The notes beneath the pieces were generated by a model, which saw nothing but the letters and a program-made list of their open reading frames with translations, did not search any database and was not told the origin of the DNA. A program made the translations under genes and the position numbers. From Roseibacillus sp. (GTDB taxonomy: Bacteria; Verrucomicrobiota; Verrucomicrobiia; Verrucomicrobiales; Akkermansiaceae), in contig CBDEUM010000038.1 of the NCBI GenBank assembly GCA_965242925.1, positions 160,001 through 224,000 of the forward strand: DNA of 64,000 nucleotides. Direction: 5' to 3'. How positions within the stretch are numbered: position 1 is the stretch's first letter; each line of letters starts with the position of its first letter. Positions 1 through 11,277 of this stretch are shown piece after piece.

Positions 1-1799
1 CGTTCGGCCTCGCCAGCGAGTTTCTTCTCAGTCTCCTCCAGGGGGGCAATCGCAAATTTCTTCACTTCGGCATCTGTCTTGGCGAGCGTTTCCTTGTGTG
101 CCGCATCCCGGTCCTGCGCTTGGGTGAGGGCCTTGGATTTTTCCTCTCTGATGTTCAATCCGAGGGCATCGATCGAGGCGTTGGTCTTGGCAAGAGTGGC
201 TGCAAGTTTGTCCTTTGCAGCCGTGAGCTCACTGATTCGCTTGCCCGTGGCAGTGTGCGTGGCAGTGGCCTTGGCAAGGGAAGCCTTGGCGTCAGTCAAG
301 GCTTTCTGGGCAGTTTCGAAGGTTGCCTTGGCGGCTGCGGTGGCCTCCGGGACCGAAGCGATTTCCTTCTGCAGCACCACGATGCGGTCGGCAATCCGGG
401 GAGGGTTGCCACTGAGTTGACCCAGTTTCTCGAAGGTATTGGCGTCCCAGGCTTCGATCACGCCGTTCCAGTCTGCGGTAAAGATCCGTTTGCCGTCCTG
501 CGTGATGGCAGTCTCGACCACCATTTCACTGAAAGGCGGCAGGCTTTTCTTCAGATTGAAGTCGGCCTTCCAGATCTTCACTTCGCGGTTGCGTCCGGAG
601 GTAACGAATTCACCGGTGCGGGCGTAGTCGAGGGAAAGCGTTCCGCCGCCATGGGCGGTGAACTTCTTGACCTGTCCGCCATTGTTCATCTCCCAGAAGA
701 TCAGCTGTCCATCTTCAGAGGCGGTGCCGACGATATTTGAGTCGGCTCGCCAGGAAATTGCGGTAATACCGCTGTTGTGGCCGCGGAGGGTGTGAAACTC
801 GTTTCCCGTCTGTGCTTCCCATACCCACACCCCGCCATTGCGATCACCAGTGGCAAGGAGAACGCCGTCCGGCGAATAGGAGAGGGCAGTGACCCAGTCG
901 GTATGCTTCTTGATCGACTTGATTTCCTCCCCGGTCTGGGTGTCCCAGAGCTTGATGAGTCGGGAGGGACCGCCGAGAGCCACGCCTCCCAGGTCAAGAC
1001 GGAGGCTGGCAGCCAGGACGGAATCGAATTCGCGGCCATTCGTCATGAGCATTTTCCCGGTCGTGATGTCCCAGGTGTAGGTCGTGCCCGACTTGCCGGC
1101 AATTCCACCACCTGCCATGAGGTACTTGCCGGTGGGGTGGAAGGAGACCGTTTCGGGGAAGCCCTTGGGGAAGGGGAAGATGGCAGCCAGCTTCAGGGTG
1201 TCCGTATTGTAGAGAAGAATCTGCTTCTGTGCGGTGACGGCGAGAAGGGGAGCCCAGGGGCTGCAGGCCATGTCGTTGACGACCGTGTTGCGGGAGGATG
1301 TTACCGCCGGTTCAAGATTGAGATTCTCAGGCATGGGCGGAGGGCCCTCCGGCTTGGCGGAGGGGTCGACGTCCAGTTTTGCAATCTTGGGGCCACTCGA
1401 CTTCTTTGCCTTGGAGCCCTTGTTTTCCAGCAGGCCGCCATCAATCCAGGACCGCACGAGGTCGGCGTCCTTCTTGGCAAGTTTATCCCCCTTGGGAGGC
1501 ATGAAGGGTTCGGCGGTATGGGTAATGGAAGCGTAGAGTTTCGAACCTGCTCCATCGCCGGGACTGGCGATCGAGCCCCCGGAGCCGCCAGCCATCACCC
1601 CTGTATAGTTGGAGAGATCAAGGTCGCCCTTCTTCTTGTCCGGGTTGTGGCAGTTCAGACAGGCGGATTCGAAAATGGGCAGGATATCATCGTCGTAAGT
1701 GACTTTCTCTGCTGCTTGCAGCGAAGAGAGGAGGGCTGTCCCAGTGACGAAGACAACGCTGGCCCTGGCCAACGAAGGATGATGAACGGATGTTCTCAT
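1..1799 (-). CDS. Planctomycete cytochrome c domain + WD40 repeat + coiled-coil protein (3' end outside window)
   Basis: Not in the ORF track because it has no stop in the window. Translated by hand from ATG at 1799, which overlaps the upstream TGA (TGATG): signal-like N-terminus, VTYDDDILPIFESACLNCH (CxxCH), WD40-type repeats (LIKLWDTQTGEEIKSIKKHTDWVTALSYSPDG; LRGHNSGITAISW) and an Ala/Lys/Glu-rich coiled coil at the window edge. Frame spot-checked at start, middle and edge. Confidence 0.9.
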   Translation of the reverse strand, partial: MRTSVHHPSLARASVVFVTGTALLSSLQAAEKVTYDDDILPIFESACLNCHNPDKKKGDLDLSNYTGVMAGGSGGSIASPGDGAGSKLYASITHTAEPFMPPKGDKLAKKDADLVRSWIDGGLLENKGSKAKKSSGPKIAKLDVDPSAKPEGPPPMPENLNLEPAVTSSRNTVVNDMACSPWAPLLAVTAQKQILLYNTDTLKLAAIFPFPKGFPETVSFHPTGKYLMAGGGIAGKSGTTYTWDITTGKMLMTNGREFDSVLAASLRLDLGGVALGGPSRLIKLWDTQTGEEIKSIKKHTDWVTALSYSPDGVLLATGDRNGGVWVWEAQTGNEFHTLRGHNSGITAISWRADSNIVGTASEDGQLIFWEMNNGGQVKKFTAHGGGTLSLDYARTGEFVTSGRNREVKIWKADFNLKKSLPPFSEMVVETAITQDGKRIFTADWNGVIEAWDANTFEKLGQLSGNPPRIADRIVVLQKEIASVPEATAAAKATFETAQKALTDAKASLAKATATHTATGKRISELTAAKDKLAATLAKTNASIDALGLNIREEKSKALTQAQDRDAAHKETLAKTDAEVKKFAIAPLEETEKKLAGEAE

Positions 1800-4625
1800 C
1801 AGTGATTGAAAATAAACTCCTTGGAATTGAGAATGGCCCAGAAGATATCCTCGAGGACTTCGAGTGGTGGGCTGTCGCCCTTGAGAGCCTCCAGGAGTTT
1901 TGTCTTTTCCGCATCAGTTGGAGCTCGGGAGAGGCAACGGAAGTAGAGGGCCTCGATCACGGCCCCGGGCTCCTCTTTTTCCTTGAGGAGCTTACTGAAC
2001 CACTCCGCCGTTGCGCACGCGATTGTGCACCGCATCGCCATTGAGGAGGTGAAGGGCCTGGGAGAGGTTGGGCTCCATCTTGACCTCGCACGAACAGACC
2101 GTCTGCCGGGTGGCACGACCGAAGGTGGTGAGGAAGTAGGTGGAGGTGTTTCCGTCCGCGATCTGGACGGCGCGAGCTCCGAGGGGAAGTCCGCGGAATT
2201 TGTTGGGAGTCTCAGTAACCTGCGCGAGGGTGTCGAGGAGGACCTCGGCCCGCAAACGCCGGATGAGCGAGTGCGAAAAATTGGTGAGGTCCTTTTCGTT
2301 GGTTTCGTTCGTGCGACTGGAAAGCTGGTAGGTGCGCGAGGTGCAGATATCGTGAACCAGCTTCTTGAAATCATAGTCGTATTCCACGAATTTGGCCGAG
2401 AGGGCCTCAAGCAGTTCCGGGTTGCTGGCGGGATTTGAAATGCGCACGTCGTCAACGGGGTCGGTGATGCCGATTCCGAAGAGGTGTGCCCATACGATGT
2501 TGACCACGTTCTTGGAGAACCACGGATTTTCCCTGGAGGTGAGCCACCCGGCGACCGCTTCACGGCGGGTCTGGTTCTTGATTTCGGCCGGTCCATCGGC
2601 GCCGAGGAACTGGGGAACAGCATTGGCCTTGGTGACCGGGTGGGCGATCTGCCCTCCGCCATCGAAGATGATCTGCTCGTGCGGATCTTCAGCCGGCTTC
2701 TTTCGGATCTGGGCAAAAAGAGCCGCAAAGCCGTAGTAGTCATTCATGGTCCAGCGATCGAAGGGATGGTTGTGACATTGAGCGCACTGGATTCTCGTCC
2801 CCATGAAGACCTGGGCCACGTTCTCGGTACGCTTCTTCACATCGTTCTCGAGTTTGAAGTAGTTGGTGGCCGGGCTCTTGAAGGTCCCGCCCCGGGCGGA
2901 AAGCAAATCGTAGATGATCCGGTTGAAGGGCTGGTTGTTCGCAACCTTGTCCCGCAGCCATTCGTACCAGAGAAGGGCTGACTTGTAACTGACCTGGTTG
3001 GCGTTGTTGCCGGTGGAGCGGATCTGGAGGAGTTCCGCCCACTTCATGACCCACATCTCGGTAAACTCCTTGCGGTCGAGTAATTGAGTGACGAGAGCCG
3101 CCCTCTTTTCGGGATCCTCGTTTTCGAGGAAGATCCTGCGTTCTTCCTCGGTGGGGAGGACGCCCGCGATATCGAGGTAGACGCGGCGCACGAAGACCTC
3201 ATCGCTGCAGAGGTCCGAGGGGTAGATGCGCAGCTTGTGGAGTTTGGCATGGACATGGGTGTCGACGTAGTTGAAGTCCTTGAGCTCGGGCTTCTCATAG
3301 GCGAGGTTGTCCGGGATCACGATGGTCTGGGTTCCCTCGGTGTAGGTATGGAAGCGCGCGAGGAGAAAAGCTTCCCCGCGGTTCTTGGTTGTGGCGACCC
3401 CGGTGGCCTCGTCAATCCCGACGCTGTTGTCGTTTGAGGAACTGAAGCTCGAGAGGTTGGTGACGTCGCGGTCCGTTCCGTCCGAGTAACGGGCGCGGAC
3501 AGTGAGGGGGACCTTTACCTTCTCTCCCTTGAGGACATATTGACTGGGTTCGACATCGATGCCGACAGGCAGGGCAATGTCGTCCTTGTCGTAGGGCACG
3601 CCCGCCTTGATCCAGGAGATGAGCGTTTTTGCATTGGCGGAGTCGAGTTCAAACAGTTTTCCTCCCGTGTGGGGTACCTGTCCGGTGGTCTTGGTCACCA
3701 TGAGGGACTCCGCGGGAAGGGCGAGATTGACACGGCGCCCAGAAAGTTGGCGTGTGATGCGCTGGTGATCGCCCTTCGGATCATAGCCGAAGAGGGAGAG
3801 CATGAACCCGTCCTGTCCCCGTGCGGACCCATGGCAGGATCCCGTGTTGCAGCCTGAAGAGGTCAGGATGGGCATGACGTCAAGCTGGAAGCTGACGGGT
3901 CGCGGCAGGGAGGCGTCTTTCACGGTGACGGGGATCTCCGCCTTCTTGCCACGGAATTCGATAGAGAGGACCGTCTCGCCGTCGGCCTTGGGCTTGAGGA
4001 GGCTGCCTTCCAGGGTGGCGAGTTCCGGATTGGTGAGGCTGAGCTTGGCCCATTCGGTGACGTTACGGGCGGTGGCGTCCTTGTAGTTCCCGATCACCAC
4101 CACGCGGTGGAAGTCGGCTGCGGTCTCAAGGGTAACGCTCCTTGGATAGACCTCCAGTTTGGCCAGGTCGGGGTCAGGTACGTTGGGGTCCTCGGTTGCA
4201 CCGGTGCGGGGCTTGGCGGCAAGAGTTACTCCCTCGGGCCAGCGGGCTCCGGATTCGATCCAGGACTTCAGGATCGCGACCTGGTCCGCGGTGAGTGGTT
4301 CACGGTCGGACTTCTCACTGAGGGGAGGCATGAGGTCATCGTCGTCGGGTGCGAGGATGACGCGCTGAAGCAATTCGGATTCGTCCGGCTTGCCAGCGAC
4401 CAGGGTCTCTCCCGATTCCCCGCCTTTCAGCGCCAGTTCATGAGTGTCGAGACGCAGCTTGCCCTTGTTCTTGGTGCCATTGTGGCATTCGAGGCAGTTT
4501 TGCTCGAGGATGGTCCGGACCTCTTCGAATTCCTTGGAGGAGGGGGGTGCTTCCTCTGCCGCCAGGGAGATGAAGCCCAGGCAGGAAATCCCGCTGGCAA
4601 AGATCGTTGTGAGGAGCAGCTTCAT
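1799..4625 (-). CDS. PSCyt1 cytochrome c + Ig-like + DUF1549 (PSCyt2) + DUF1553 (PSD1) protein; one +1 frameshift near 1998
   Basis: Start MKLLLTT at 4625. Motifs CLECH, CNTGSCHG, CAQCHNHPFD, RRLRAEVLLD. The ORF stops at 1992, but the typical C-terminus (IEALYFRCLSRAPT...EDIFWAILNSKEFIFNH) continues in the adjacent frame to 1799. Confidence 0.88.
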
Positions 4626-4635
4626 TCGTTCCGAA

Positions 4636-7100
4636 TCAGTTGGCGTTCTTGCTCTGGAGGCGGAGTTGCTCAAGCCGTGAGAGTCGCTTCTTGACGGGCT
4701 TGGTTTCCGCTGGCTTGGGAGGTTCCTTCTTGGCAACGACCGGTTTCTTGGGTGCCGGCGGAGGGGGGTCGATACGCAGGACTCCACCGCCCATGGCGGT
4801 GCCACGGATGGGGTGACCGTTTTCCGTGATTACGACAGTGCAGAAGATGTTGGAGGTCTTGCCCTTCTTGGATTCCTTGCTGACGGCAAGGGGAAAGGTG
4901 ATTTCCTTGGATTCCTTATTGATGGTGAGTTCCTCGGTGCTCACGCCGTGGGGGAGTCCATTGACATTGATTCTGGCCTCGCCCTCGAATTCCTTGTGGA
5001 TGGCGATCGTGCACACGAGGTCGGTGTTTTGTCCCAGTTCGGTGGCGGCCAATTCGATCTTCCCTCCAACGTAGGGATCTGCGATTTCGATGGGTTGCAG
5101 CTTGGACGAAACAAAGACCGGGCCCTTGCTGCAGGAGGTTTCCCCGGTAACGAATATGCGCCACTTGGCCACGGCGGCGCCTCCATTGGCGTTGATCCCC
5201 ATCACCACTTCGTTCTGTTCCTTGGGAATAGTCACGCTGGAAGGCGCGCTGACGCCGGGAGGGCGCCAGGGCAGGGTGATCTTGATGGCCTCCTTGAATT
5301 CCGGATGGCGCTTGGCCGTGATCTTCAGGTTCATGGTGCCGTTCTTGACGAGAGGGACGGGCGGGACTTCAAGGTTGAGTTCGAAGGGGGCTTCCTCGAT
5401 AACCGCGATGGAAATCCGCTCGTCGTGGTAGCTGTGGAAGGTGCCGGCGTTGTTGACCTCGATGTGGTGAATACTCTCGGTGAAAGGCTCCGGTGAGCCC
5501 GCTCTTGGGATCCTTCACCTGCAGATGGTTAGAGAGCTCCCGCGATTTCGGCCTCGGGAGCAGCCTCGAAGATTACCGGCATGGTGTTGATGCTGCGGGG
5601 GGCGGTGTCGCGATCGAGGGAGACCCCCTGCGGGAGGTTGGCGGCATCCAGGTCGAGATCGCATCCGATGTTGCTGCGACTCAGGTTGACGACGCGTCCC
5701 ACCCGGTTGCCGCGGGGCACACAAATCATCTTCCACTTCTGGCTGTCGTTGCGGGTGGCGTAGGGAAGAGTGGCAGAGAGGGAGGGGTTCCGCGCGGCGA
5801 TCTCGATCCGGTAGGTGTAATCCGGACCACTGTTGTAAAGCTGGTCGCGGATATTGATGTTATAGATGCCGTCCTCGGGAATCTCAAAGTCGAGTTGGCT
5901 GTCGGGGTCTCCGCTTCCTGCATCGTCGTTGTTGCCAATCTGTTTTGAGTCTCCCTCCTTGCGCACGATGATGTAGGGATCGAGTGGAGAGCGGAGTTGC
6001 CGGGCAAAGACGCGGGCGCGCAGTTTCTGTCCCTTCTTGGCGGCAAAGCGGAACCAGTCCTTGTCTTCCTTCTTGGAAACAATCCCGTGGAAGGCGACAG
6101 GGACCGGGGGCGCTTCGGGCGGGGTGGCCTCCTTGCTGCCTTCGTTCGGTTCCACTTCATTATGATAGGGCAGGGGACTGATCCGGACCGGAATGCCGGA
6201 GGGGGCGAACCACTCGCCATTTCTGATGAAAGCACGAAAGCTCTGTTTCTCCTGGGGAATCTCAAGCTTGCTCACCAGGTTGCCGGTGGGGTCGCCCACG
6301 AAGGTGAACTCCAGAGAATCTCCTGGCCGTGCCCCGGGAGGGTAGACTGCGGTGGGGCGGGGAAACTCGCCCACGTGGAGTCGATACTGGCAGGCACCCG
6401 TTCCCTGGTAGGAGGACTCGCGGACCAGCACCGTATAGGGGCCATCTTCCGGCACCACGATGGAAGCCGCACAGTCGCGGAAGAGAAGAGCGGTGTCATC
6501 ACTGGACGCCAGTTCGAAGCGATCCTTGTTGAGGATGGCGACATAAGGATCAAAGAGAATTCTTCCAAGCCGCATGCCTTCCACTTCAACCGAGAGGCGC
6601 TGTCCCTTTTGGCACTGGAGAAGGTAGTAGTCGGCATCCTCGCGGTCAGCCACGCCTTGCACAGTCTGGTTGATCGCAATCTCCTGGGGTTCGTTGAAGT
6701 TGCTGTTGAGGTCACGGCTTCCGTCCTCGCTGCGCTTTTCCATTACGGTGGGATACTGGCCCACCCAGAAACTTCTCTGGTAGGTCACCCCGCCCTTACA
6801 GCGCAGACGCAGGAGGTGTTCGCCAAGGGGCGCATCGGGAGCGATCGTGATGGTGGCCTTGACCGCCTTGTGCTGGTCTCCCGCCTTCTCAAGGTTGGTG
6901 ACCGTGATCCCGGGCTGATAGAGGAGGATTTCCTGTGGTTCGTAGAGGCGGTCGCCATCGAGGTGGAGGGTTATTTCGGTTCCCCGTTGTCCTCCCCGCG
7001 GCTGGATGGTGCCGATGGTTGGGGTGAAGGCGAGGGAAGGGAGAGCCAGAAGGACTGAAGCCAGACCCCCCATGAAGGTCCGGACAGGAAAGGTGTTCAT
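4636..7100 (-). CDS. PPC (pre-peptidase C-terminal) / Ig-like domain secreted protein; two +1 frameshifts (5529-5530, 5483-5485)
   Basis: Signal peptide, PRGGQRGTE, EVEPN, DKDWFRF, LDPY...NDD motifs. Removing one base at each of two sites joins ORF 5529..7100 to ORF 4636..5334 via GALYHLQVKDPKSGLTGAFTESIHHIEVNNAGTFHSY. Confidence 0.82.
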
Positions 7101-7117
7101 CGGTGTGGTGTTGTTCC

Positions 7118-7133
7118 GACTCCCCGGGGAGTC
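7118..7133. repeat. Perfect 16-bp palindrome / stem-loop between DUF1501 and PPC genes
   Basis: GACTCCCCGGGGAGTC is self-complementary and lies in the 97-bp intergenic gap; no U-tract follows. Confidence 0.6.
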
Positions 7134-7197
7134 AGGGTGGATTGACTGCGAGCGGTCTCTCAGTGCGTTGGTTCTTCAGGTTAGAGGCGGCGCCTCA

Positions 7198-8532
7198 TTA
7201 CGCTTTCTTCTCGAGAATCTCATCCAGCACGCGTCCACCGTCGACGATTTCGATCGGGCGGTCTCCAGGTGCCATCAGTTCCTTGTCCCCAGTGATGCCA
7301 AGCTGGTTGTAGATGGTCTGGGCAAGATCTTCCACGCCCACCCGGTCTTCTTCGGGTTCGCCCCCGAGGGCATCTGACGATCCGTAGATCATTCCGCGCT
7401 TCACGCCGCCGCCTGCCAGCATGACGGAAAAGACTCGGGGCCAGTGGTCACGGCCGGCATTGTTGTTGATCTTGGGGGTCCGTCCGAATTCGGAGGAGAG
7501 AAGAACCATGGTGGAATCCAGGAGGCCACGTTCATCGAGATCGCTGATGAGGGCCGCGAGGGCCTGGTCGATGGGGGGAAGGTTGCTTTCGATGGCGCCC
7601 TTGATGTTGTCATGGTGGTCCCATCCGCCAGCAGTCATGGAGACGAAACGCACCCCGGCCTCCACCAGGCGGCGGGAGAGGAGCATGCGCTGTCCGGGCG
7701 CGTTGATCCCGTAGCGTTCCTTCATCTTCTGGTCCTCGGCATTCAGGTTGAAGGCTTCACGGGCCTTCTGGGAGGAGATCATGGCGTAGGCGTGCTGGTA
7801 GAACGCGTCCATCGACGCGAGGGCATCGGATTCCTCCAAGGACTTGAAATGGTAGTCAACGGTTTCGAGGAGAGAGCGTCGGCGGTTGAAGCGCTTGTCG
7901 TCGACACCGGAGGGCAGGTTCAGGTCGCGGACCGTGAAGTCCTTGCGACTGGGATCGTTTCCAAGCGCAAACGGTCCGTAGGCGGAGGAAAGGTAGCCGG
8001 AGTTGGCAAAGCTATTAGGAACGCTGGGGATGCAGACGTAGGGAGGAAGGTTGTTGTGAGGTCCAAGTTCATGGGAGACTACCGAACCGAAGGAAGGATA
8101 TTTGAGGGCGGGGGAGGGCTTGTAACCGGTGAACATGTTGTGGGTGCCCCGCTCGTGGGCGGCTTCACCGTGAGCCATGGAGCGGATGACAGTGATCTTG
8201 TCCGCAATCTTGGCGAGATGATCGAGGTGCTGGCTGAACCGTTCGCCCTTGATGGCGGTGTTAACCGTTCCGAGCGGTCCGCGGTATTCGGTCGGAGCGA
8301 GGTATTTTGGATCGAAGGTCTCCTGGTGGGCGGCGCCCCCGGGCAGGAAGATATGGATCACGGATTTCGCCACGCCCTCCTTTGTCTCGTAGAATTTCTG
8401 GGCACCCCGGGCTTCCATTTTAAGCAGTTGGGGCAGGGTAAGGCCGAGGCTGCCGAGCATGCCCACGGAGAGAAATTCGCGGCGTGAATAGTCCTGAGCG
8501 AGCGGGTTGCCGGGACACTGTATATTTTTCAT
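7198..8532 (-). CDS. DUF1501 domain protein (Tat signal)
   Basis: SRREFL twin-arginine motif; KSVIHIFLPGG..HQETFDPK, GWDHH, SEFGRTPKIN, GRDHWP. Confidence 0.93.
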   Translation of the reverse strand: MKNIQCPGNPLAQDYSRREFLSVGMLGSLGLTLPQLLKMEARGAQKFYETKEGVAKSVIHIFLPGGAAHQETFDPKYLAPTEYRGPLGTVNTAIKGERFSQHLDHLAKIADKITVIRSMAHGEAAHERGTHNMFTGYKPSPALKYPSFGSVVSHELGPHNNLPPYVCIPSVPNSFANSGYLSSAYGPFALGNDPSRKDFTVRDLNLPSGVDDKRFNRRRSLLETVDYHFKSLEESDALASMDAFYQHAYAMISSQKAREAFNLNAEDQKMKERYGINAPGQRMLLSRRLVEAGVRFVSMTAGGWDHHDNIKGAIESNLPPIDQALAALISDLDERGLLDSTMVLLSSEFGRTPKINNNAGRDHWPRVFSVMLAGGGVKRGMIYGSSDALGGEPEEDRVGVEDLAQTIYNQLGITGDKELMAPGDRPIEIVDGGRVLDEILEKKA

Positions 8533-8679
8533 GGTGATCCTACGGTAGAGATGTTAGTCTTCTTTAAAGATTAATCCCAGAAAGTCTAGGCCCTTTCGTG
8601 GGCTACGACCTGGTCAAGGGCTTCCTTTCATGACAGATGCCCTTAGCCAGGCCAAGCCGCAGAGTAGCATTATTCCTGT

Positions 8680-11277
8680 ATGAGCCTCCCTGAAATTCCC
8701 GGCTACCGGATTGACACGTTAATCGGGAAGGGATCGTGCGGTACTGTTTATAGCGCACGGCATGATTCTGGAAGCCTCGTTGCAGTAAAAATTCTGGATC
8801 CGAAGTCGATCAATCCGGAACTGTTGGGCAACCGGGTCAACCGCCTCTATCGGGCCAGTCCACCCAAGACGACGGTCCCGCTGATAGCCCATTCCCTCGA
8901 AAAAGAGCCCTACCTGCTCATTGGCGGCTTGATGGCCGATCGCGTTATCCAGGGGGCCGGGGAGCGGTTTGTCCCCCGGACGTTACAGCTGCAGCTCGGA
9001 GACTACCTGGGCAAGCGCGGATCATGGATGCTGATTCGACGGTTAGCGCAGGTGCTGGCAGAGTTTCACCGCCGTCGGGTGGCTCACGGCAACCTCAAGC
9101 CTGGGAATATCTTTCTTGATTCTGACAACGAGATTCTCCTGTCGGATTACGCCCAGGGGCTCATGCCGGGTCTAAAGGAACTCTCCTACACGGACGCCCT
9201 GCTCTACGCCCCGCCGGAGCAGCTCATGAATCCTGACGGTTATCTGGAAGGAGCCGGCTACGGTTGGGATGTCTATGCCTTCGGGTCGCTGGCCTTCCGC
9301 CTCCTCAACGGGGTCTTTCCGCGCTGCCATGAAACCTTCGAGAAGGTGGCCCCTGCGATGGGCGAGCAGCGCCGTCGTGGCGTGGAGGCTGATTGCGAGC
9401 GTATCGCGGTTAAGCTGGAGAAGACCCAGCTTGCTGAGTGGAAGGGTGTGGCGCCCACGCGGGAGGAGGAAGAAGGTCGACTGATTGTCGAACGCTGCCT
9501 GCAACTTGATGCATGGAAGCGGTATGGGGACATGCGCGAAGTGCTGCGCGCCCTAGAGACCATTGCGAGCTCCCGCCAACAGCGCCTCGCAGTCGAAGCC
9601 GATCAGTGCCGCGTCGAAATCATCGAACGAAGGCAGAAGAAGTGGCGGAGTGCTGCTACGATGGGAATGGCGGCCTGCGTGACTCTGGGAGCGGCGTTGG
9701 CCTACAAGTTGATCAGTCAGAATAAACCCGAACCTCAGGCGGTGGAGGTGGAAGTTGTGAAGCCGGTGGAGGTGGAGCCCGAGGCGGACCCCGAGAAACT
9801 GCGTCAGCAGCACCGGAAATTCCTTGAGATGCTGGCGGATCGTAGCCAGCTCGAGAAGGTGAGCGAGGAGCAGGAGGCTGCGGTCCACGAGATGGCCAAC
9901 GACCTCATGGAGGCGCACAAGCTCAGCGATCAACTCCTGTCCTGGTCCCTTGAGCGGGGGGCAGAGCAACTTCCCACCCTGGAGGGTCGCATGGGTCGAC
10001 TTTCCATGTTGCAGGACAGGCTGGAGCGCCAGCTCGGAGTGCTTGAGCAGTTGCCGGAAGACCTCCGGAAGAACTCGTGGCGCCTGAAACTGGCTCTGGC
10101 CGAGGTGGCTCTCGCCGGTGACAGGCCACAATTGGCCCGTGAGAAGATGCTGGAGGTCCTTGGCGAGGCCGCAGTGACCGATCTTGATACCCAGAAGCGT
10201 CTGGCCCGTACTCGGGTGCTGGTGTGTCTGGTCGGATCGGAGGATCCCGACACTGAAGTGACGCCTGGGGAACTGTCGGAGACTGAAACTGCTCTTGCCT
10301 CCCTACCGGAAGGCGAGCGCGAGACGCGGCGCCTTAGATCGGCCCTGCGGATGGCGGAGGCACGCATGCAGTTCCGTAACGGCGACAACACGGCTGCACT
10401 TGAGATTTACCGCAAGGCCTTCGCGGAAATGAACCAGTTGTGTGAGGAACAGCCTTCTCTCTCAGCCCTTCGTATCTGGCGGGCCCGGGGCTATACCTCG
10501 GCGGCCCAGGCGGCTACGGGAGCCGGCGAAGTGGATGCCGCAATTCTCCTGCGCGAGCAGGCCGCGGTTGAATTGATGGAGTTGCTTGAAGTTCAGCCCA
10601 ACCGGGCCGATGTCCAGGTGGAGCTTTCCGAGGCGCTGGGTGCGATTGCCCAGTCGGCGCTGGAAGAGGGTGAACTGGACCGGGCAGACGATCTCGCAGC
10701 CCGCTCCCTGGAGTTGCTGGAGACCGCGGTGGGCAATCCCGAGGAGCGCGAAGAGGCACTCAATCAACTGGCCTCTCTCAAGAGTGTGCTGGCGGCCTGC
10801 CGGGCGGGGACCGGATATTCCAAGGATGCGCTGCGCCTCGTCCAGGAAGGCCAGGCCCATGCGGAGGCGGCGCTGCGCAGGAATGCCAAGAATCCGGCCA
10901 CGCGGTTTCGTCTGGGGATCCTGGCCTGGCAGCAATGCGGATTGCTGAGCGCCGAGGGGAAGCACGCCGAGGCTCTGCCCCTGGGAGTCAAGGCGCGCCA
11001 GACCTTCATCGATCTCATTGCTCAAAAGGTGAGTTATCCCAGTCAACGCGAAATTAAACGCTCACTGGCTTACCTCACCGGTGATCTTGGCCGGGCTGCC
11101 CATGATGCCCGCAAGGAGGATGAGGCCGTCAATTATCTCCGGGAGTCGGTGACTACCTGGGAGAGTCTCATGGAGAGTGAGGTCGATAATGATGAATTCC
11201 GCGAACAGCATAGCTGGGCCGCACAGGAACTGCGCGAGTTGGGAGTGATTTCGTCGCTGCCGCAGAAGAAGCGATAG
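8680..11277 (+). CDS. Membrane-anchored Hanks-type Ser/Thr kinase-like protein (degenerate active site) with C-terminal TPR-like helical region
   Basis: GKGSCG glycine loop, VAVK, HGNLKPGN, SDYA, YAPPEQ, WDVYAFG. One hydrophobic segment (AATMGMAACVTLGAALAY), then coiled-coil and helical repeats. Confidence 0.85.
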   Translation: MSLPEIPGYRIDTLIGKGSCGTVYSARHDSGSLVAVKILDPKSINPELLGNRVNRLYRASPPKTTVPLIAHSLEKEPYLLIGGLMADRVIQGAGERFVPRTLQLQLGDYLGKRGSWMLIRRLAQVLAEFHRRRVAHGNLKPGNIFLDSDNEILLSDYAQGLMPGLKELSYTDALLYAPPEQLMNPDGYLEGAGYGWDVYAFGSLAFRLLNGVFPRCHETFEKVAPAMGEQRRRGVEADCERIAVKLEKTQLAEWKGVAPTREEEEGRLIVERCLQLDAWKRYGDMREVLRALETIASSRQQRLAVEADQCRVEIIERRQKKWRSAATMGMAACVTLGAALAYKLISQNKPEPQAVEVEVVKPVEVEPEADPEKLRQQHRKFLEMLADRSQLEKVSEEQEAAVHEMANDLMEAHKLSDQLLSWSLERGAEQLPTLEGRMGRLSMLQDRLERQLGVLEQLPEDLRKNSWRLKLALAEVALAGDRPQLAREKMLEVLGEAAVTDLDTQKRLARTRVLVCLVGSEDPDTEVTPGELSETETALASLPEGERETRRLRSALRMAEARMQFRNGDNTAALEIYRKAFAEMNQLCEEQPSLSALRIWRARGYTSAAQAATGAGEVDAAILLREQAAVELMELLEVQPNRADVQVELSEALGAIAQSALEEGELDRADDLAARSLELLETAVGNPEEREEALNQLASLKSVLAACRAGTGYSKDALRLVQEGQAHAEAALRRNAKNPATRFRLGILAWQQCGLLSAEGKHAEALPLGVKARQTFIDLIAQKVSYPSQREIKRSLAYLTGDLGRAAHDARKEDEAVNYLRESVTTWESLMESEVDNDEFREQHSWAAQELRELGVISSLPQKKR

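Noticed and set aside
1992..5531. Programmed ribosomal frameshifting in the DUF1553 and PPC genes
   Set aside because: No slippery heptamers; two shifts lie about 45 bp apart; the same +1 pattern occurs in unrelated genes.
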